DNA of 64,000 nt, from NCBI GenBank assembly GCA_964252035.1, contig OZ176207.1. One strand, 5' to 3'. Numbering within the stretch: position 1 is the stretch's first letter; every line of letters starts with the position of its first letter. Made by a program: the position numbers and the translations under genes. Shown piece after piece: positions 35,482 to 49,371 of this stretch. Origin of the DNA: Podarcis erhardii. Taxonomy: Eukaryota. The notes beneath the pieces are model-generated. The model ran no database searches. It had not been told where the DNA came from and saw only the letters and a program-made list of their open reading frames with translations.

Positions 35482-36134
35482 GTAATTTTATGTTCCTCTT
35501 TATTGTCATGCAAAATACTTAAAGTAAAAGGATCAATAGGTACAAAACAAAAAAGAATGATCCCATGATGTGCTTAATGCTAAATCTAAACCTTGAGTAT
35601 AAGTGTGTACTCAACTTTTAGTCACAGGAAAGGAGTTATATTGTGTCACTCCTTGGTATATACAGTGTTTCAAAAATTCTTAAACAATCTTCATTCTTGT
35701 TCGCATTTGTTAGCTTTTATGTTTTCCTGGTCTAAGACAGATATACCATATGATCTTGCTCATTGTTGCCAGATCAGTTTCCAAACTCATAGGAGGGACT
35801 TCTTTTTTTTCTTCCAGTATTCAGCATCTGCCTTCCAGAACCATACTGAATATTTTTTTACTTTCATTTGGTAAAATAAATTTTATATAAATTAGCAGAA
35901 AAACTTTTAAATCTTAAGAGATGGAATATTCCAAAAAGTTAACTTATTAATATTTTATACAACATTAAGACAATACTTGCTTGTTTCTGGGCATGTCCAT
36001 ATTAAATTTATCCCATATGGCTTTTTATGTTTTAAAAAACAAAACCTTTTTTGAAAATATTCACATAACACTATTTTTATATAACTTTTTTCTTCTTTAA
36101 CTGATTCTATACTGTCTGCTGGTTTTCATCTCTC

Positions 36135-36183
36135 CCCAGAGTGGCTGGGGAAACTCAGCCAGATGGGCGGGGTATAAATAAAT

Positions 36184-36210
<27 letters not shown>
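36135..36210 (+). mobile_element. L2-type LINE 3' tail with (ATT)n
   Basis: CCCAGAGTGGCTGGGGAAACTCAGCCAGATGGGCGGGGTATAAATAAATTATT. Confidence 0.75.
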
Positions 36211-36215
<5 letters not shown>

Positions 36216-36580
36216 CTGTAAGTTGCTTTGAGTTACTTTTTGGGTTTTTAAAAAAGCAATTAAGTGCAGTTATTATCCACTTCTGCATAATGCCACATTG
36301 AATTGGTTTAATATTCTATTCTTACTAAAATGCTGCATAAGCAAGATAGAAACCAACAGTGAAGGAGACAAATATTTAAACTCAAATCACACTTTCCATG
36401 ATACAGGACTAACGTTACTAATTCCTTTGCCTAATTTCTTGTCTTATCCATCCACAGGGTAGCATTAGGTAGAACCTCAAGGAAAACCTCCAGCAGGTTC
36501 TCTGTTTCTTTTTAGTCAAATATTCTGTGCAGGAGGTGTCTCCTCAAAAGCTGTCCCCACCATCTTTTCTGATGGGCTAT

Positions 36581-36965
36581 CAGGGGTGGCCAACTCCCAA
36601 GAGATTGCGATCTACTCACAGAATTATAAACTGGCAGTGATCTACCCCCGTTTTTGGGGGGTTCAGGTCAAAGTTGTTGACCTTTTTGGGGAAAGGAAGG
36701 CCCTGTTTTTTGGGGGAGGAGAAAAGCCCAGTTTTTTTTGGGGGGGGGGCATTGGTGAGAAAGAGAAACAGCCACTCACCAATAGATCGCTGGGGAAACA
36801 AACAACCTCACTGAGGAAACTCCGTCTTCCGTTCTGCAGATCGTGCAACAATGGAGGGCAGGGCGAGGGGCTGGGGCCGGAATGGGACCCAGCAATCAAC
36901 CACGATCTACCAAATCCTCCTGGGGATCTACCAGTAGATCGCAATCGACCTGTTGGACATCCCTG
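36581..36965. mobile_element. hAT-type MITE
   Basis: Imperfect TIRs CAGGGGTGGCCAAC/GTTGGACATCCCTG, internal GATCTAC/GTAGATC repeats, flanking GGCTAT duplication. Confidence 0.7.
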
Positions 36966-38615
36966 GGCTATAGCAAGTTAGGGCATAAGATCACCATAGA
37001 AATCTTGCCAAGTAATTTCAGATGAGGCTTACTTGTTTGTCCTAAAATTCAGGGCTGATTAATAATCTAAACCTGGATCTCTTGCCTTTTTATAAAACGT
37101 TGTTTCTATTGCACCACCTTCATTTATTTTGATGTTATATATTTAAATTAAAACTTAATGTAGGTTGAGGTGGGTGGATGAAACAGGAAGAAAATTGTGT
37201 TAAGAGTCAACTGGTTTTGCGTTAATAATCAGTGTTGCATCAATCTTTTACTGTATTGCCCTGAGCATTCTTGTTGCACATTTAACAATCATACAGCAAT
37301 AAAAGTTACCAAACAAAATCCTCCTACACTAGATCTTCGGATTATTCTTAGTTGGCCAATGTAATGAAAGTTTTTGAGTTTGCCTTTAATCTTGCTTTTG
37401 AATTGGTGGCAGGATAGCCATATGCTACTGAGCGCCACATTCTTTCACATTCCTTGTTTCAGTTCCTAATAGTTATAGAAAGTTGGTTTGAAAACATGAA
37501 AGAAGACTATCCTTTTGTAAAAAAAACAAACTTTAATGGTCTATGACCCTAAAGAATGTTGTCCCCGCCCCGAATCATTTTTAAAAATCTGTTAAATGTT
37601 TCAGAGTGAAAGTATTAACAATTGAATATGAAGCAGTTTAGGGTGGCAAAACATCTTTGCTTTTATTACTCTTGAGTGATGAATTGTCCAGAGGCCAGTT
37701 TCTGTCAACTACATCTCAGGATTTAGTCAAACAATGAGTTTCCACTTGACTTTCGGGCACGTATGAGAGGCCTACTTGTGAACCTCAAACTCCAAAATAT
37801 TTCCATTTAATCCTATGTTAGCAAGTGATATTTAACAATACTAACTTAACCAAATTCCTGCCTCATAAGCCCCTTTAAGGCCTTTCTTTACTCTTCCAGA
37901 GAGGACTGAATCAGGTGAACTGCAAATGAACAAATACCTTAATCACATTGACAGATACTAATTAGCTCAGTGTTTTCTAAGAGAAAACCGTTTGACAAGA
38001 TGAAAAAGGATGGAAAAGACAAACACTAGAACTCTGTGGTATCAGGCTTAATGCAAGAATGAATATAATATCACATTTTTATCTTTTCTCAACATTTCTG
38101 CAAGATCATATAGGCAACAATGCATCCCTTGAAGCGAAGATTTATAAGCAGGCTCTTTAGGTAGCAAGAATTTACAAAGTTGATCTAAGCTAATGGAAAT
38201 CAGGTTTAAAAGAGTTAGAGTCAATTCTCCTGGGAGCATAATATCAATTTATTTTTCTGTAATATTTGTGTCAGAGATACCTGCTGAATATGAGAAAACT
38301 GTCTCCACATAAAGATGTGTGTTTATGATAGCGACCAGCAGAATGTTGCATCTAAAATGTTCTAGTTTCACTCTTCCTATTATTAAAGAAAACTGCATGT
38401 TCACTTAGAATTTGCATTCATTTGTAATCTAATGATAAATATAATATCAACAAATGCAACTATAAACACACCTCTTGACCTGAATATTTTTTGTAAAAAA
38501 AAATGTCCAGATGGTCTTATGTTTCTTATCAGATGTAAGGTGAACTGTGGTTGTACTTGGTAACATTTCATCTGCTGTTATATGTATGTAATCTCTTTAT
38601 TTACTTTTGCTCAAG

Positions 38616-38699
38616 ATTTTAGAGACTAAGCTTATTTCAGAAACATCATCGGTCTGCAAACCTGATCATGTGGCCAGAACAATTGTTAAAGATGCCGTT
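38616..38699 (+). CDS. KDSR: KDSR exon 8
   Basis: tcaag|ATT...GTT|gtaagt, 84 nt, ILETKLISETSSVCKPDHVARTIVKDAV. Confidence 0.93.
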
Positions 38700-39677
38700 G
38701 TAAGTAAAATGCTGTATTTGTATAAAATGCTTTTGTGGGTGGAAAACATGGGTAACTTGCTAGTTTATTATAAGGTGAAAGGTTGTCTGTGTTTGTCTAC
38801 TACCTTTTCTGAATACTAGAATCTTTATATAAAGAGAGCCTTTAGATACAATCCTAACCCACTTACCTGGGAATAAGTCCCATTCAATTCAGTAGGACTT
38901 ATTTCTGAGTAGATATGTCTAGGATTGCACCGTTTTAAACAGTGCCATCATTATACGTGGAACCTTTGCATAGGCAAAAATAGAAAGGGCCCTTCTCCCA
39001 AGGTTAGAAATTTAAAGTAGACACCAAATAAAACTGGGGATGGGATAAATGTGGCAGTTGCCCTTACATGTAATTGGTTCTAGTTACAAATTGTCCCTCT
39101 ACCTGAACTGCGTGCTTGCTTTGAAATATGGTTTGTGTTAATGGATTTTGTTTTGTTCTGACTTTTTAAAATGGATTTTCAATCGTGTTGTCATTTACTC
39201 TTTTTGTTCTTTTGTGTTTCTTAATTAAAGGTCACTTCACTTTTTTTCCCCCTTTGCAAATGTTGAAATATTATTACATGGGCGCAGGTTAAAAATGCAT
39301 TTCAAATTTTAAATTAGTAGACTTGATATTCAAAAACTCAAGGTGCCCTGTTTCAACACAGGTTGACAGAAATGGCCTGATTCAAGTCTGGCACATGGTT
39401 CCTTTTAAAAATAAACTGCTTTGGGAGCCAATCTTGGCCAACAAGCACAGTATAAATAATAGTGGTGATTCCTAGGTTTCAAAAGGGTGGAATATAAAAA
39501 TAGCTGTTTCTGTACCACAGGCATTTTATTTCACAATATTTTTTTAAAAAGCATGTGTCTGCCTAACCACATGTTGGAATATTAGATGATGCAATATATA
39601 TATACCTATAGTCTGAATATGAATATATATATATTGCATCATCTAATATTCCAACATGTGGTTCAACAAACAATATA

Positions 39678-39919
39678 CCGTATTTTTCGCTCTATAAGAC
39701 GCACCTAGTTTTTGGAGGAGGAAAACAAGAAAAAAAAAATTCTGAATCTCAGAAGCCAGAACAGCAAGAGGGATCACTGCGCAGTGAAAGCAGCGATCCC
39801 TCTTGCTGTTCTGGCTTCTGGGATAGCTGCGCAGCCTGCATTCGCTTCATAAGACGCACACACATTTCCCCTTACTTTTTAGGAGGGGAAAAGTGAGTCT
39901 TATAGAGCAAAAAATACGG
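39678..39919. mobile_element. Tc1/mariner (Tc2-like) MITE
   Basis: TIR CCGTATTTTTCGCTCTATAAGAC/GTCTTATAGAGCAAAAAATACGG with TA TSD (39676-77, 39920-21). Confidence 0.88.
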
Positions 39920-40160
39920 TACTTTATATATATATAAAATCTGACAGGATTTTTTAAAATTTCTGATCTTAAAGGTACGTGTTTCCATGCTTAAACAGAA
40001 ACACGTACCTTTAAGATCAGAAATTTAAAAAAATCCTGTCAGATTTTTTTTATATATAAAGTATTAAACTCCTCTTTCCCCTTGGTAAGAAACACATTCT
40101 ATTTTTATAAAATTGTTTGGAAACCACCTGACTTCTTTCTCCATCCCCCCCCCAATACAG

Positions 40161-40262
40161 CAAGGAAAATTTGCCAGTTCTATTGGCACAGATGGTCACA
40201 TGTTAACAATATTGACTGGTGGAATGTCGCCTATCTCTTCTCTGGCTGAAGCCCTACAGGCG
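40161..40262 (+). CDS. KDSR: KDSR exon 9
   Basis: tacag|CAA...GCG|gtatgt, 102 nt, QGKFASSIGTDGHMLTILTGGMSPISSLAEALQA. Confidence 0.95.
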
Positions 40263-40751
40263 GTATGTAACAAAGTAATATCAAATGATGAAGTTTCAAA
40301 ATCTGTTAGGTTCTTTTAGTGCTGTGGTACACTCACATTTATTGGTTCAATGTAATTCAAAATCTAGTCTTTGTGCAGCAGATCTCTTCAGTGCAGTAAG
40401 CTTACTAAAGTAAAGAGTGACCAAGAAGTATTCTACTTCTTGGCAGCAAAAGCTGCTCTATCCAATGAATTGTGAGATAAACCCACTGAGGTCTACATGT
40501 ATTTATTTTGGTAGAGTTGAAAGTTAATAGAGTTTCAATTAATAACCTATAACTTGATCATACCCAAAATGTTTCATTGAGCAATGTCAATGATTCTTGC
40601 CCTATGGTGTTTTTTTTAATTGTGTCACATTTATCTATTAAAATAAGTAAAGCTTATTTACTATGATTAAAAGCTAGACCTGTCTGTCAAAACAGAAGGT
40701 TCTCTGACCTCACCACCTTCTTCTGCTCATTCTCTGGGTGTTTCCCCAGTC

Positions 40752-40885
40752 ATCTTCAGGGAAGTTTTTAATCTGTGATATTTTAGTGTATTTCTGGTTT
40801 TTATGGAAGCCGCCCAGAGTGGCTGGGGAAACCCAGCCAGATGGGCGGGGTACAAATAATAAATTATTATTATTATTATTATTAT
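40752..40885 (+). mobile_element. L2-type LINE 3' tail
   Basis: Matches 49218-49370; ends in (ATT)n. Confidence 0.78.
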
Positions 40886-42414
40886 CTTGGGTTCTTTTCC
40901 CAGAAAAGATAACTGGGAAGGGGGAAGAACAGCTGTGCATTTAGCTTTATGGAAAAACAGGGAGCAGAGCTATTCAGAAAGTTAGGTACACCCTGATATG
41001 CCTTGGCACACCTTGTTAATGGTGCAGTCCAAATCAGTAATAAGAGACCACCCCTAATCACCTTGTTGTTCAGTTAGACCAGAGCCAGTGCACATCCCTA
41101 CTGTCTGGGAGATGGATAACTGGGGTTAGGTCCATCTTATCCAGGAAGCATTGCAACCTCCAAACAGGCTCAAGCCGGTGTGAAACAACTTCCCAGGCAT
41201 AAATCCAGGTCAATAAGTACCACAAACACATGCAAGATGCACGCCTTCTGCTTCAGGATTATAGTTCCATCCAGAATGATAATCCTTTGTCAGATCATGA
41301 GAATTTCTGACCAGCAATACCTGTTTTAAGCTTCAGTATTCGGCTGCCTTTTGTTCATAGCAACATCTGTTTTGTTAACAAGAACAAATCTCTTAACGTC
41401 TTGTGAATTGGTTCACATGAAGTGCCAAACAATGGTTCTACTTCTTCCTCTCCCATGCTTTGTTTATTAATTCCTGGTTTGTGGCAAAGAATGTGCTGTT
41501 GTGTCCAAACTGAAAAACTAGTTTGTGATAGGCTTGTATCCTAGAATGGAGGTCATGTGCAAACTGGAGTGTGCCTGTTGCAGCAAACCAGGAACCATCT
41601 AAACCGAAAGTCAGATGTGAAAGGGAGAGCATGTGAGCACAGAGCTTGTTCTTATATCATCAAGCCATAGTTTGGCATATATGAATGTCTTGCATCTCCT
41701 TAATGTTTACCTGCAGAAATTGCCATGTATTTCAGAAAGGATAACCAAATGCATAGCTAAACTACTGAACTCATGCAAGTAAAGCTGGAAATCATACAAT
41801 TTGGACTTGATCTTGAGATCAAGCAGCTTGCAAATGTATGCCTATGTTAAATTGGACTGCTGCTACCCATCTGGCAAATGTCTCCTCAGCCTTGCTGGGC
41901 CTGCTAAACATTCATTGAATCTGTTCATCATAAGGTTGTTTCACATTGTTTGCCTGTGACTTTTCTACTGTTTACCCATTATTATTCTCCAGGGAGCAAT
42001 GCAACCCTAAATCATGTTCTCTTCTACAAATTTAAAAAAAACACTAGTCATTCTGTAGTCTTTTGCATTGTTTCTGCTTCAGGTAGATTGTTGTGCAGAT
42101 ACATGGGGCAGGTGATTCATTCATTAGCTTCCAAAAGGGGGGGGGGGATATTAAAATAAGGTCCCTTCCAACCATGTGACTATATTTCATAGTACTTTCA
42201 AATAACTTATTAATTTATTTTAATTAGAGAACAAAATATACATCTCAAGCTTTGTTTAAATAAGACTAATCTTTAATAGAACAGTCCTTTTTCACATAAT
42301 AATTGAGTGCTTGGTGAACCACACTTCTGATCATCAAATCTGATGAGAGAAAATATTAAATGACCACTAAGCAGAAGTATGTTGAATAAGATCTCTCCTT
42401 CTCTCCCTTTACAG

Positions 42415-42525
42415 CTTATTTTCCTGGGCTTTTTCCGCTTGCTTGCCCTGTATTATATAGCAGGTTTTGACAGCATTGTTCGTCGTTGCATGGCAAAAAA
42501 AGAGAAATCTGAAAAGACGGACTGA
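42415..42525 (+). CDS. KDSR: KDSR exon 10 (last coding exon)
   Basis: Long pyrimidine tract then acag|CTT; LIFLGFFRLLALYYIAGFDSIVRRCMAKKEKSEKTD-stop (TGA). The ten exons total 336 aa. Confidence 0.95.
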   Translation, partial: LIFLGFFRLLALYYIAGFDSIVRRCMAKKEKSEKTD

Positions 42526-44955
42526 AACAGAATGGGTGCTATTTAAAAAGTTGGACAGTTTGCTGCTAAATGGGACTGTATCTGTGGCCTGAGTATGTCT
42601 CACAGAAATGTGGAAGAGGTGATATCTTCGGTGGTGAAAGAAGGAAACTGAACTAGAAAAAGAGACTATGCAAAGGTGCTAATGAAGAAAACTGGGGGGG
42701 GGTTTGGGTTGTTGTTGCTTTTCTGTGATTTCAAGGAATAACCAGATTGTTGCCTTAGAAGTAAGCTTTTTGAGAAGAGTAGAACTTAAGAGTGACCTAT
42801 TTTGATGGTAATTCTGGACCAATACTAATTGTCAGCAGTGATGAAAGAGTTAATTCTGTTATCCACTTCTTAATCTGAGGACTAATTTGGTAAATTCCTC
42901 CCACACAACAGTAACACCTCAACTCTCCTACAGAAGGCCCAGCTTGTGTATTATTTTGATTACATGGTTCCCGCCAGAGAGCTGGACCTTGTAGGCCCTG
43001 TTCTGCATGAGTTGGTTCAAATGGCTGGGCGAAGTCTAGTCAAAGCAGCAAAAACTATCCAAAGATGAAATATTTCAGCTCTGGGACAATACATGAATTG
43101 GGCCAAAGTCTTTTGTGAAGAGGCAGTTTTTAAATATAGCATATTAATTTATTGAGGGGAGAGTTCTCTTTAAATGAGCTGCCCCCTCCTTGAGATAGGA
43201 GGCAATATTTGCATGTGGATGTTACCAAGCTGGAGAATCAATATTTGAATTGGCTCTTGGGAAACCTCATTTGAGATTGAGTTTTCTCCCACCAGATTGT
43301 TGGATTTTGACATTCCACTCTTGACACATGTGGTGAATTGTGTTAATATTGTGTTAAATGCTATATTAAGGAATTTCTTGATGGCAGAGCTTTACGCATA
43401 TGATCTCTGCAGGAGAAATGACGTATGCTTTAAATAGTTGTAGATCTTCAGCAGAGATCAAGGACCACCGACCCTTACTGAGATACTAGGGAAGGACTAT
43501 AAGCAAAACAGAAGTTGTCCATTTTTTTGTTATCTGTAACACGTTCATGTTTATTTTTGCCAGCTCTGTAAAAGACAGGTGGGCTTTAACACTGTAGAAA
43601 TTGAAGGAGAGAATAGGGTGCTAGAGAGAACTTAATGTAGCACAAGGAAGTGCCTAGGTCCTTACTCTGATGGTGCAGTGGAACTTGCAAAACGATATTG
43701 TCTCTAAGGTTTCATTCACAGCATGCCAATCTTATTACCTACATGGAATCTGGACTTATACAAAGTCCCTGAGTGGATTTTGGGAACCATATTTGCTGTG
43801 TATAAATTGACTGGTTCCCATTGGTTGCAGATATGCTGAACCCCAGTGTTGAACTGGTTCATAAAAATTCCTGCTACCCTTCGTCATTTTCCAAGTGCCT
43901 AAAAGACTGTTAAGAGACTCTACTTGCCAGTTTGTTGGTTAGCCAAGATTTTCTTTAAAAAATAAAATAAAATAAAATAAAAAGGGAAACACTTTTTAAA
44001 CTGCCCTTTGGAGAACATTATTTAAACTGCCCTTTGGAGAACATTATTCAAATCAAGTCCAGCAGCTTCTGGTTCAATTATAGTCTTCCAATTTTAATAG
44101 ATTTTTAGATTCTCAAAATAGATGAAATCACAATACCAACTGCTTGAGATTAATACTATAGTAGTTATGTTTACTTGTTTTTGGTACAGTTACCCAGCTG
44201 TTTTGTAAGTAAACCTGGAAAGTGCCAATCCAAACAAAAGCACTTGGAGCATTGGGCTTTTTGAGGGGCTGAGAGGATTGCCAGTTAGAAGGGAAGGAAG
44301 GAAATAATGTAGAAATAATAACGGATAAACTGGGCTTGGTGTTGTCGCAAAAGCATAAAAACTTGCTTCGTATCATTCCAGTTAGTAACTGAGTCACAAA
44401 AAGCATCTTTGCATGTATGTCTTGCTACTGTTTTAATGGGAACTGTTGGAAGTAGAATTTGCTCTTCCTGTTTGCCATAATGCTTTGGTTTTCTAGACCT
44501 GCTAGGATAGCCCTTCAAGCTGGCCAACACACTTAGTTCAAATAATAAATTCTAGATCCTTTAAAGCAATTTGGACATGCCAAATAATCAACAGTTGAAA
44601 GAAGAACGAATCTCTTCTACATGTGCTTAATGACATGTTAACTTTCCTGTTCATTCTGCGCCTTTACTGTGCTTATCTGTGGATGGATTATGCCCTTGGT
44701 TTCTTCAGTGTCTTGAACTAAAACAAAAAATTCTAATGTTATGGAGCATTATCACTCATTTGACTCAAATACATATAATAGTATGCTAAAGAACAAATGG
44801 AAGTGGGTAACTAGCTTACAAATGTATACTGTGAAAAACTTTAGGCACTTTTAAATGTTAATACTGAATGAAGCTAAAACTCATAGCTCATTTATGCTTG
44901 CTGTTTCATGAAGTGTTGTGCCAGAATACTAAATTTTAATATTTTGTATTCACCA

Positions 44956-44961
44956 AATAAA
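44956..44961 (+). terminator. Probable KDSR poly(A) signal
   Basis: AATAAA followed by a TG/T-rich downstream element, about 2.4 kb after the stop. An alternative AATAAA cluster lies near 43960-43980. Confidence 0.45.
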
Positions 44962-47158
44962 TGAAAATTGCATTTAACTTTTGTCTGTATATCTCTTCAG
45001 AATGACTGTGTTCCTGGTCTTGCTGAGTAAATTTATTTCTGCTAATTTTTGTCACAGTACTAAGGATTTATAAAATATTTGTAAAATAGCTTGTACAAAT
45101 TAGAAGCCTGTGAAGCTTCAAGGTGTGAGGGTGGAGGATAGAGGGTTCCTGACTTCCAATAAATGATGTTAACTCTTTGATCATTTTCCCGCTGAAAACT
45201 GCCTGACCTGAAGTTGCCTGCAAGTTATCAGAGAGGCCCACAGAATACCAGGGGACCCCACTGAGGGCACCCTTCTTGGGCCCCCCAAAGTCCATACCTC
45301 CATTAAGGGATTCATCTGAACCTTTCAAATAAAGCCACGTTAAACTTCATGGCCACTAAGACCGAATATAGCCACTGTTTGTAGGTACTTTTTAAGCATT
45401 TGGGGAAAAAGACAACATAGCTTAACAAAGATAAGCAATCCCTATCTTTGTAATAGGCTTCAATTTTAAAAAGGCAATTTAATAAGTGAAAACAAAACAT
45501 AAGAGGTAGAAGAAGCAAAATCATATTGGGAAAGATGTGAGTAAATGGAGTAGTTTTCAGTTGCTTCTTGATGGTAACAAAGAGAGGGAAATGTATGGTT
45601 AAAATCTTGGCCTAAGATTGTAGTTGGTGAGTGAAGAGGGCAAGGAAGAAGAAGGTAGGAAGGGGTAAATCAATGAAGATACTTGTTATAAATTTATTTT
45701 CAACTTATGGAACCACAGAAGCAAGTAAACAATAACAAAAATTCAATAATATACTGAAGGCAGTGTATAGAAAGCCTAAATATTTTAAATAATAACGCCC
45801 AAATTAAAACAACCGTATTTCTTTAGATAGAGCAGGGAGAAAGACCTGTTAATATGAAACTAAGCTATAGGAAATAACCCCCCCTCACACTGAGTAGAAA
45901 TGATTGGGGGTTTTCTGTCCTTTAGAGTTGTGTGTTATATATTATGCAATAATTTGTAATGCACAGTTATTGACTTACACTTGTGTTCATGAAAGGGTTC
46001 GCCTGAGCTCAGGTTGCAAATAGGTATGGCTTAGGAGGCTCTCAGTTGCCTCTGCTCCCCGCTTAAGTCTTTTTTGTGCTTCAATAAGCCATGTGTCCAT
46101 GGTTGTTTACACATGAACTGAATCTCTAACAGAAGATTTTCAAGGCTGCATCTTTCCTAATCCAAAAATAGCATGATCCTTTTTATAAGTAAACCAAGTA
46201 CTTTGCTTTTTAAGTAGTTTGGAACCTTTTTCATCTTTATTTTACTGCCAACGGATAGAGAGCTGTTTGCTGTAACTTCTGGAAACTGAGTAAAATATTC
46301 ACCTATTTGTAAAGTTGTGTCTGTGATTTATTCTAGCCTACGTATTTTTGTGGAGATTCCCCCCCCCCCAGATGAGGGCAGATGTAAATCTAATCAAGTT
46401 TCAGTGTTCTTGGAGCAATCACTATTGTGCTAACTCTGCTATCAGAGATTAAGAATGTTTCCCAAACCTCTCTCCAACAAAAAGTACATTCCATAAGAAT
46501 ACCATAAGAATATAGACAGATTTTTTTTAAAAAACCAATTTCCACTGTTGTACTAGAGATCTTGGCAATTGCTAGCATCTATGTTAAAAGTTCCTTTCAG
46601 TGAAATGTCTTCATAGTATCTGTTCACATATTTAGTAGGGATAATTGGAGAGAATATGTGTTAATAATCTGTGATATTGGCTGACAAATTTCATTCCAGA
46701 ATAATAATAATAATAAACCCCTGGCCATTTCCAGCGCAGATTGGAACTGTTTGGTGATGTGTTGGAAGTAATATGAGGAAGTAACAAAGATACTAAAAGA
46801 TTCAACTGGATCAGAATATAAAATGCGAGAGAAAACAAGTGGTATCCTGTGAATCCTATGTAACCAAAGCAAAATGTTCTGGCCCCAACAAAAATGGTTT
46901 TGAGTTGTAATATGATCTACATTTAAATATTTATTAAACAATTTACTGCATTTTAAAAAAGAATCTCAAAATGGTTTTAACAAAAAAATAAACAGAAGCT
47001 TATAATGTCGTCGTCCCCCCCTTTTTGCACTGTATAAAATAAGTAAAATAGATGGTCCCCCCGCCCCAGTAGCATAATTGAGCTGTTGTTTTTTAAACCA
47101 TTATATGAACTGCCCAGGAAGTTTTGTTTTTTTAAATGAAGCATGGTAGTTACAGATA

Positions 47159-47409
47159 CAGTCGTACCTTGGATCCTGAACACCTTGGTACTCTGACGTT
47201 TTAGCTCCCAAACACCGCAAACCCGGAAGTGAGTAGTTCCGGTTTGCAAACGTTCTTCGGAACCTGAACGTCCAACGGAGCTTCTGCAGTTTCTGGTTGG
47301 CTGCAGGAGCTTCCTGCAGCCAATCAGAAGCAACACTTTGGTTTCCAAACGTTTTGGAAGTTGAACAGACTTCCGGCACAGATTCCATTTGACTTCCAAG
47401 GTACGGCTG
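47159..47409. mobile_element. Tc1/mariner (Tigger-like) MITE family C
   Basis: TIR CAGTCGTACCTTGGA/TCCAAGGTACGGCTG, TA TSD, internally palindromic. Confidence 0.88.
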
Positions 47410-48149
47410 TATTTTAAGTAAGTATTTGGCTGTAATGCTATATCTGAATCAGAATTCACATGGCAAACAAAGAATAATGAATGGATTATATCTGCTTCCA
47501 CAAATTTTGTAGCAGAAGAGAAAGATAGATGATTCAAAATGTTAATGTATATGCACATTCCACAGAGAATTAAGAAGAATTTAAGATCCATTCCAAGCAC
47601 CCAGGGCTTTCAATTCATGGGGCCGGATTTGTTAATCCTTCCCAGAAATTGCAAGCAATGCACGCCGTTTGCAAACCTCCTTCTTGCTTCACAGGAACTG
47701 CCCAGGCGATTAATCTCATAAGCTATCACATTGCCACTCCCTTGTATTAACAGTAATAAAATTATTCCAGTTGTGCAGTACCCATAGTTTTCTGTAAAGA
47801 AGACTTGCCATTCTAGCACAGAGAACCCAATTGTATTCCGAGTATGTACAATTCTATTGTGATACATTGTTTTACTTCCTCTTCTTTTTTCTTAAGTATC
47901 GCCTGTTGGTATGTGTCTGTTTCTACACTCCAGGCAACCTCCACTGTTTACAACAAAAAAAATGTTCCTCTTTGGACAAGATGCTTGAGAGTGCTGGTGA
48001 TCCAGCTACAGGAGTGCATGGAGGGAGTGGATATCTAGACTAGGGGTGGCCAACATGGTGCCCTCCAGGTGTTTTGAACTTCGCTCATGAGCTCCAGTCA
48101 ACTTGGCCAGGGATGATGGAAGTCACAACACCTGAAAGGCAGCACATTG

Positions 48150-49319
48150 ATGTCTCACTGTGCTAGATCAGTTTTGGTCTTGCTTAAGGTCTGAACACAG
48201 CACTAAAACTGCTGTGATCACCCTGGCTGATGATCTTTATTGCAGGAGTGTAGCCTTGTCTTTATTGCAGGAGTGTAGCCACCTCTCAGTGGCTTTTGAT
48301 ACAATTGAATGGGTTCAGAGGTTGGGAATTGAGGGAACTGTGCTGTTAAGGCCACTTTTGAAAAGTTGCAATATCGCATGGTACCTTGAGAGTTAACCTG
48401 TGGGGTTCCTCACGTGTTGCTCTTGTTTGCTATGCTCTTTAAAATATGTGTGAAGCTTTTGGCAAATATCAGGGGATTTGGAGTGAGGTGTCAAGCTCTC
48501 CCTCCATCTTAACCAGATGAGGTAGTTCAGGTGCTTCACTGTTGCCTGGAAGAGGTAATGAGCTGGATGCGAAGCAACTGAAACTGAATTGAGACAAGAT
48601 GTAGACACTGTGTTAGAGGTCCTTGTGTCTGGGAAGTAAAGGCAGCTTGTGCTGGATAAGATTGCACTGCCCTGTAAGGGCAAGGTTTACCTAGTTGCAT
48701 GTTATTCCTTAGTCCATCTATTTCTCTTGAGTCCCTGTGTGTCTGTTTCCAACTTTGGCTGCTTCACCAGCTGCTACTGTTCCTGGACAGGAATATCTTG
48801 GCTACAATGTTCCACAGTTTGGTAACTTCCAGATTGGACAATGTGTTCTACGTGCAGCTGCTCTTGGAGATGGTTCAGAAGCTGCAACAAGCGCAGAACA
48901 TCTACACTCTCCTAAATTGCAGAGAGTCACTCTCAGGCAGTGTAAACAATACTCAGCTAAACAGAATGGTGATCTGAAATGGCTTCGGCCCAGCATACCG
49001 GAAGGAGCGTTCCCACCCCCATCATTCTGCCCGGATGCTGAGGTCCAGCGCCGAGGGCCTTCTGGCGGTTCCCTCATTGCGAGAAGCAAAGCTACAGGGA
49101 ACCAGGCAGAGGGCCTTCTCTGTAGTGGCGCCTGCCCTGTGGAATGCCCTCCCATCAGATGTCAAAGTGATAAACAACTACCCTACATTCAGAAGACATC
49201 TTAAGGCAGCCCTGTTCAGGGAAGTTTTTAATGTGTGACATTTTAGTGTATTTTTGGTCTCTGTGGAAGCCGCCCAGAGTGGCTGGGGAAACCCAGCCAG
49301 ATGGGCGGGGTACAAATAA

Positions 49320-49370
<51 letters not shown>

Positions 49371-49371
49371 T
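48150..49371 (+). mobile_element. L2-type LINE remnants (decayed RT part plus younger 3' end)
   Basis: STKTAV..LADDL, LSVAFDTI and LVTSRLD remnants; C-terminal RAFSVVAPALWNALPSDV...FRRHLKAALF; (ATT)n tail 49321-49371. Confidence 0.75.

Noticed and set aside
43995-44046. 26-bp tandem duplication in the KDSR 3'UTR (similar 19-25-bp duplications near 2195, 10313 and 48236)
   Set aside because: Common slippage duplications with no further structure.
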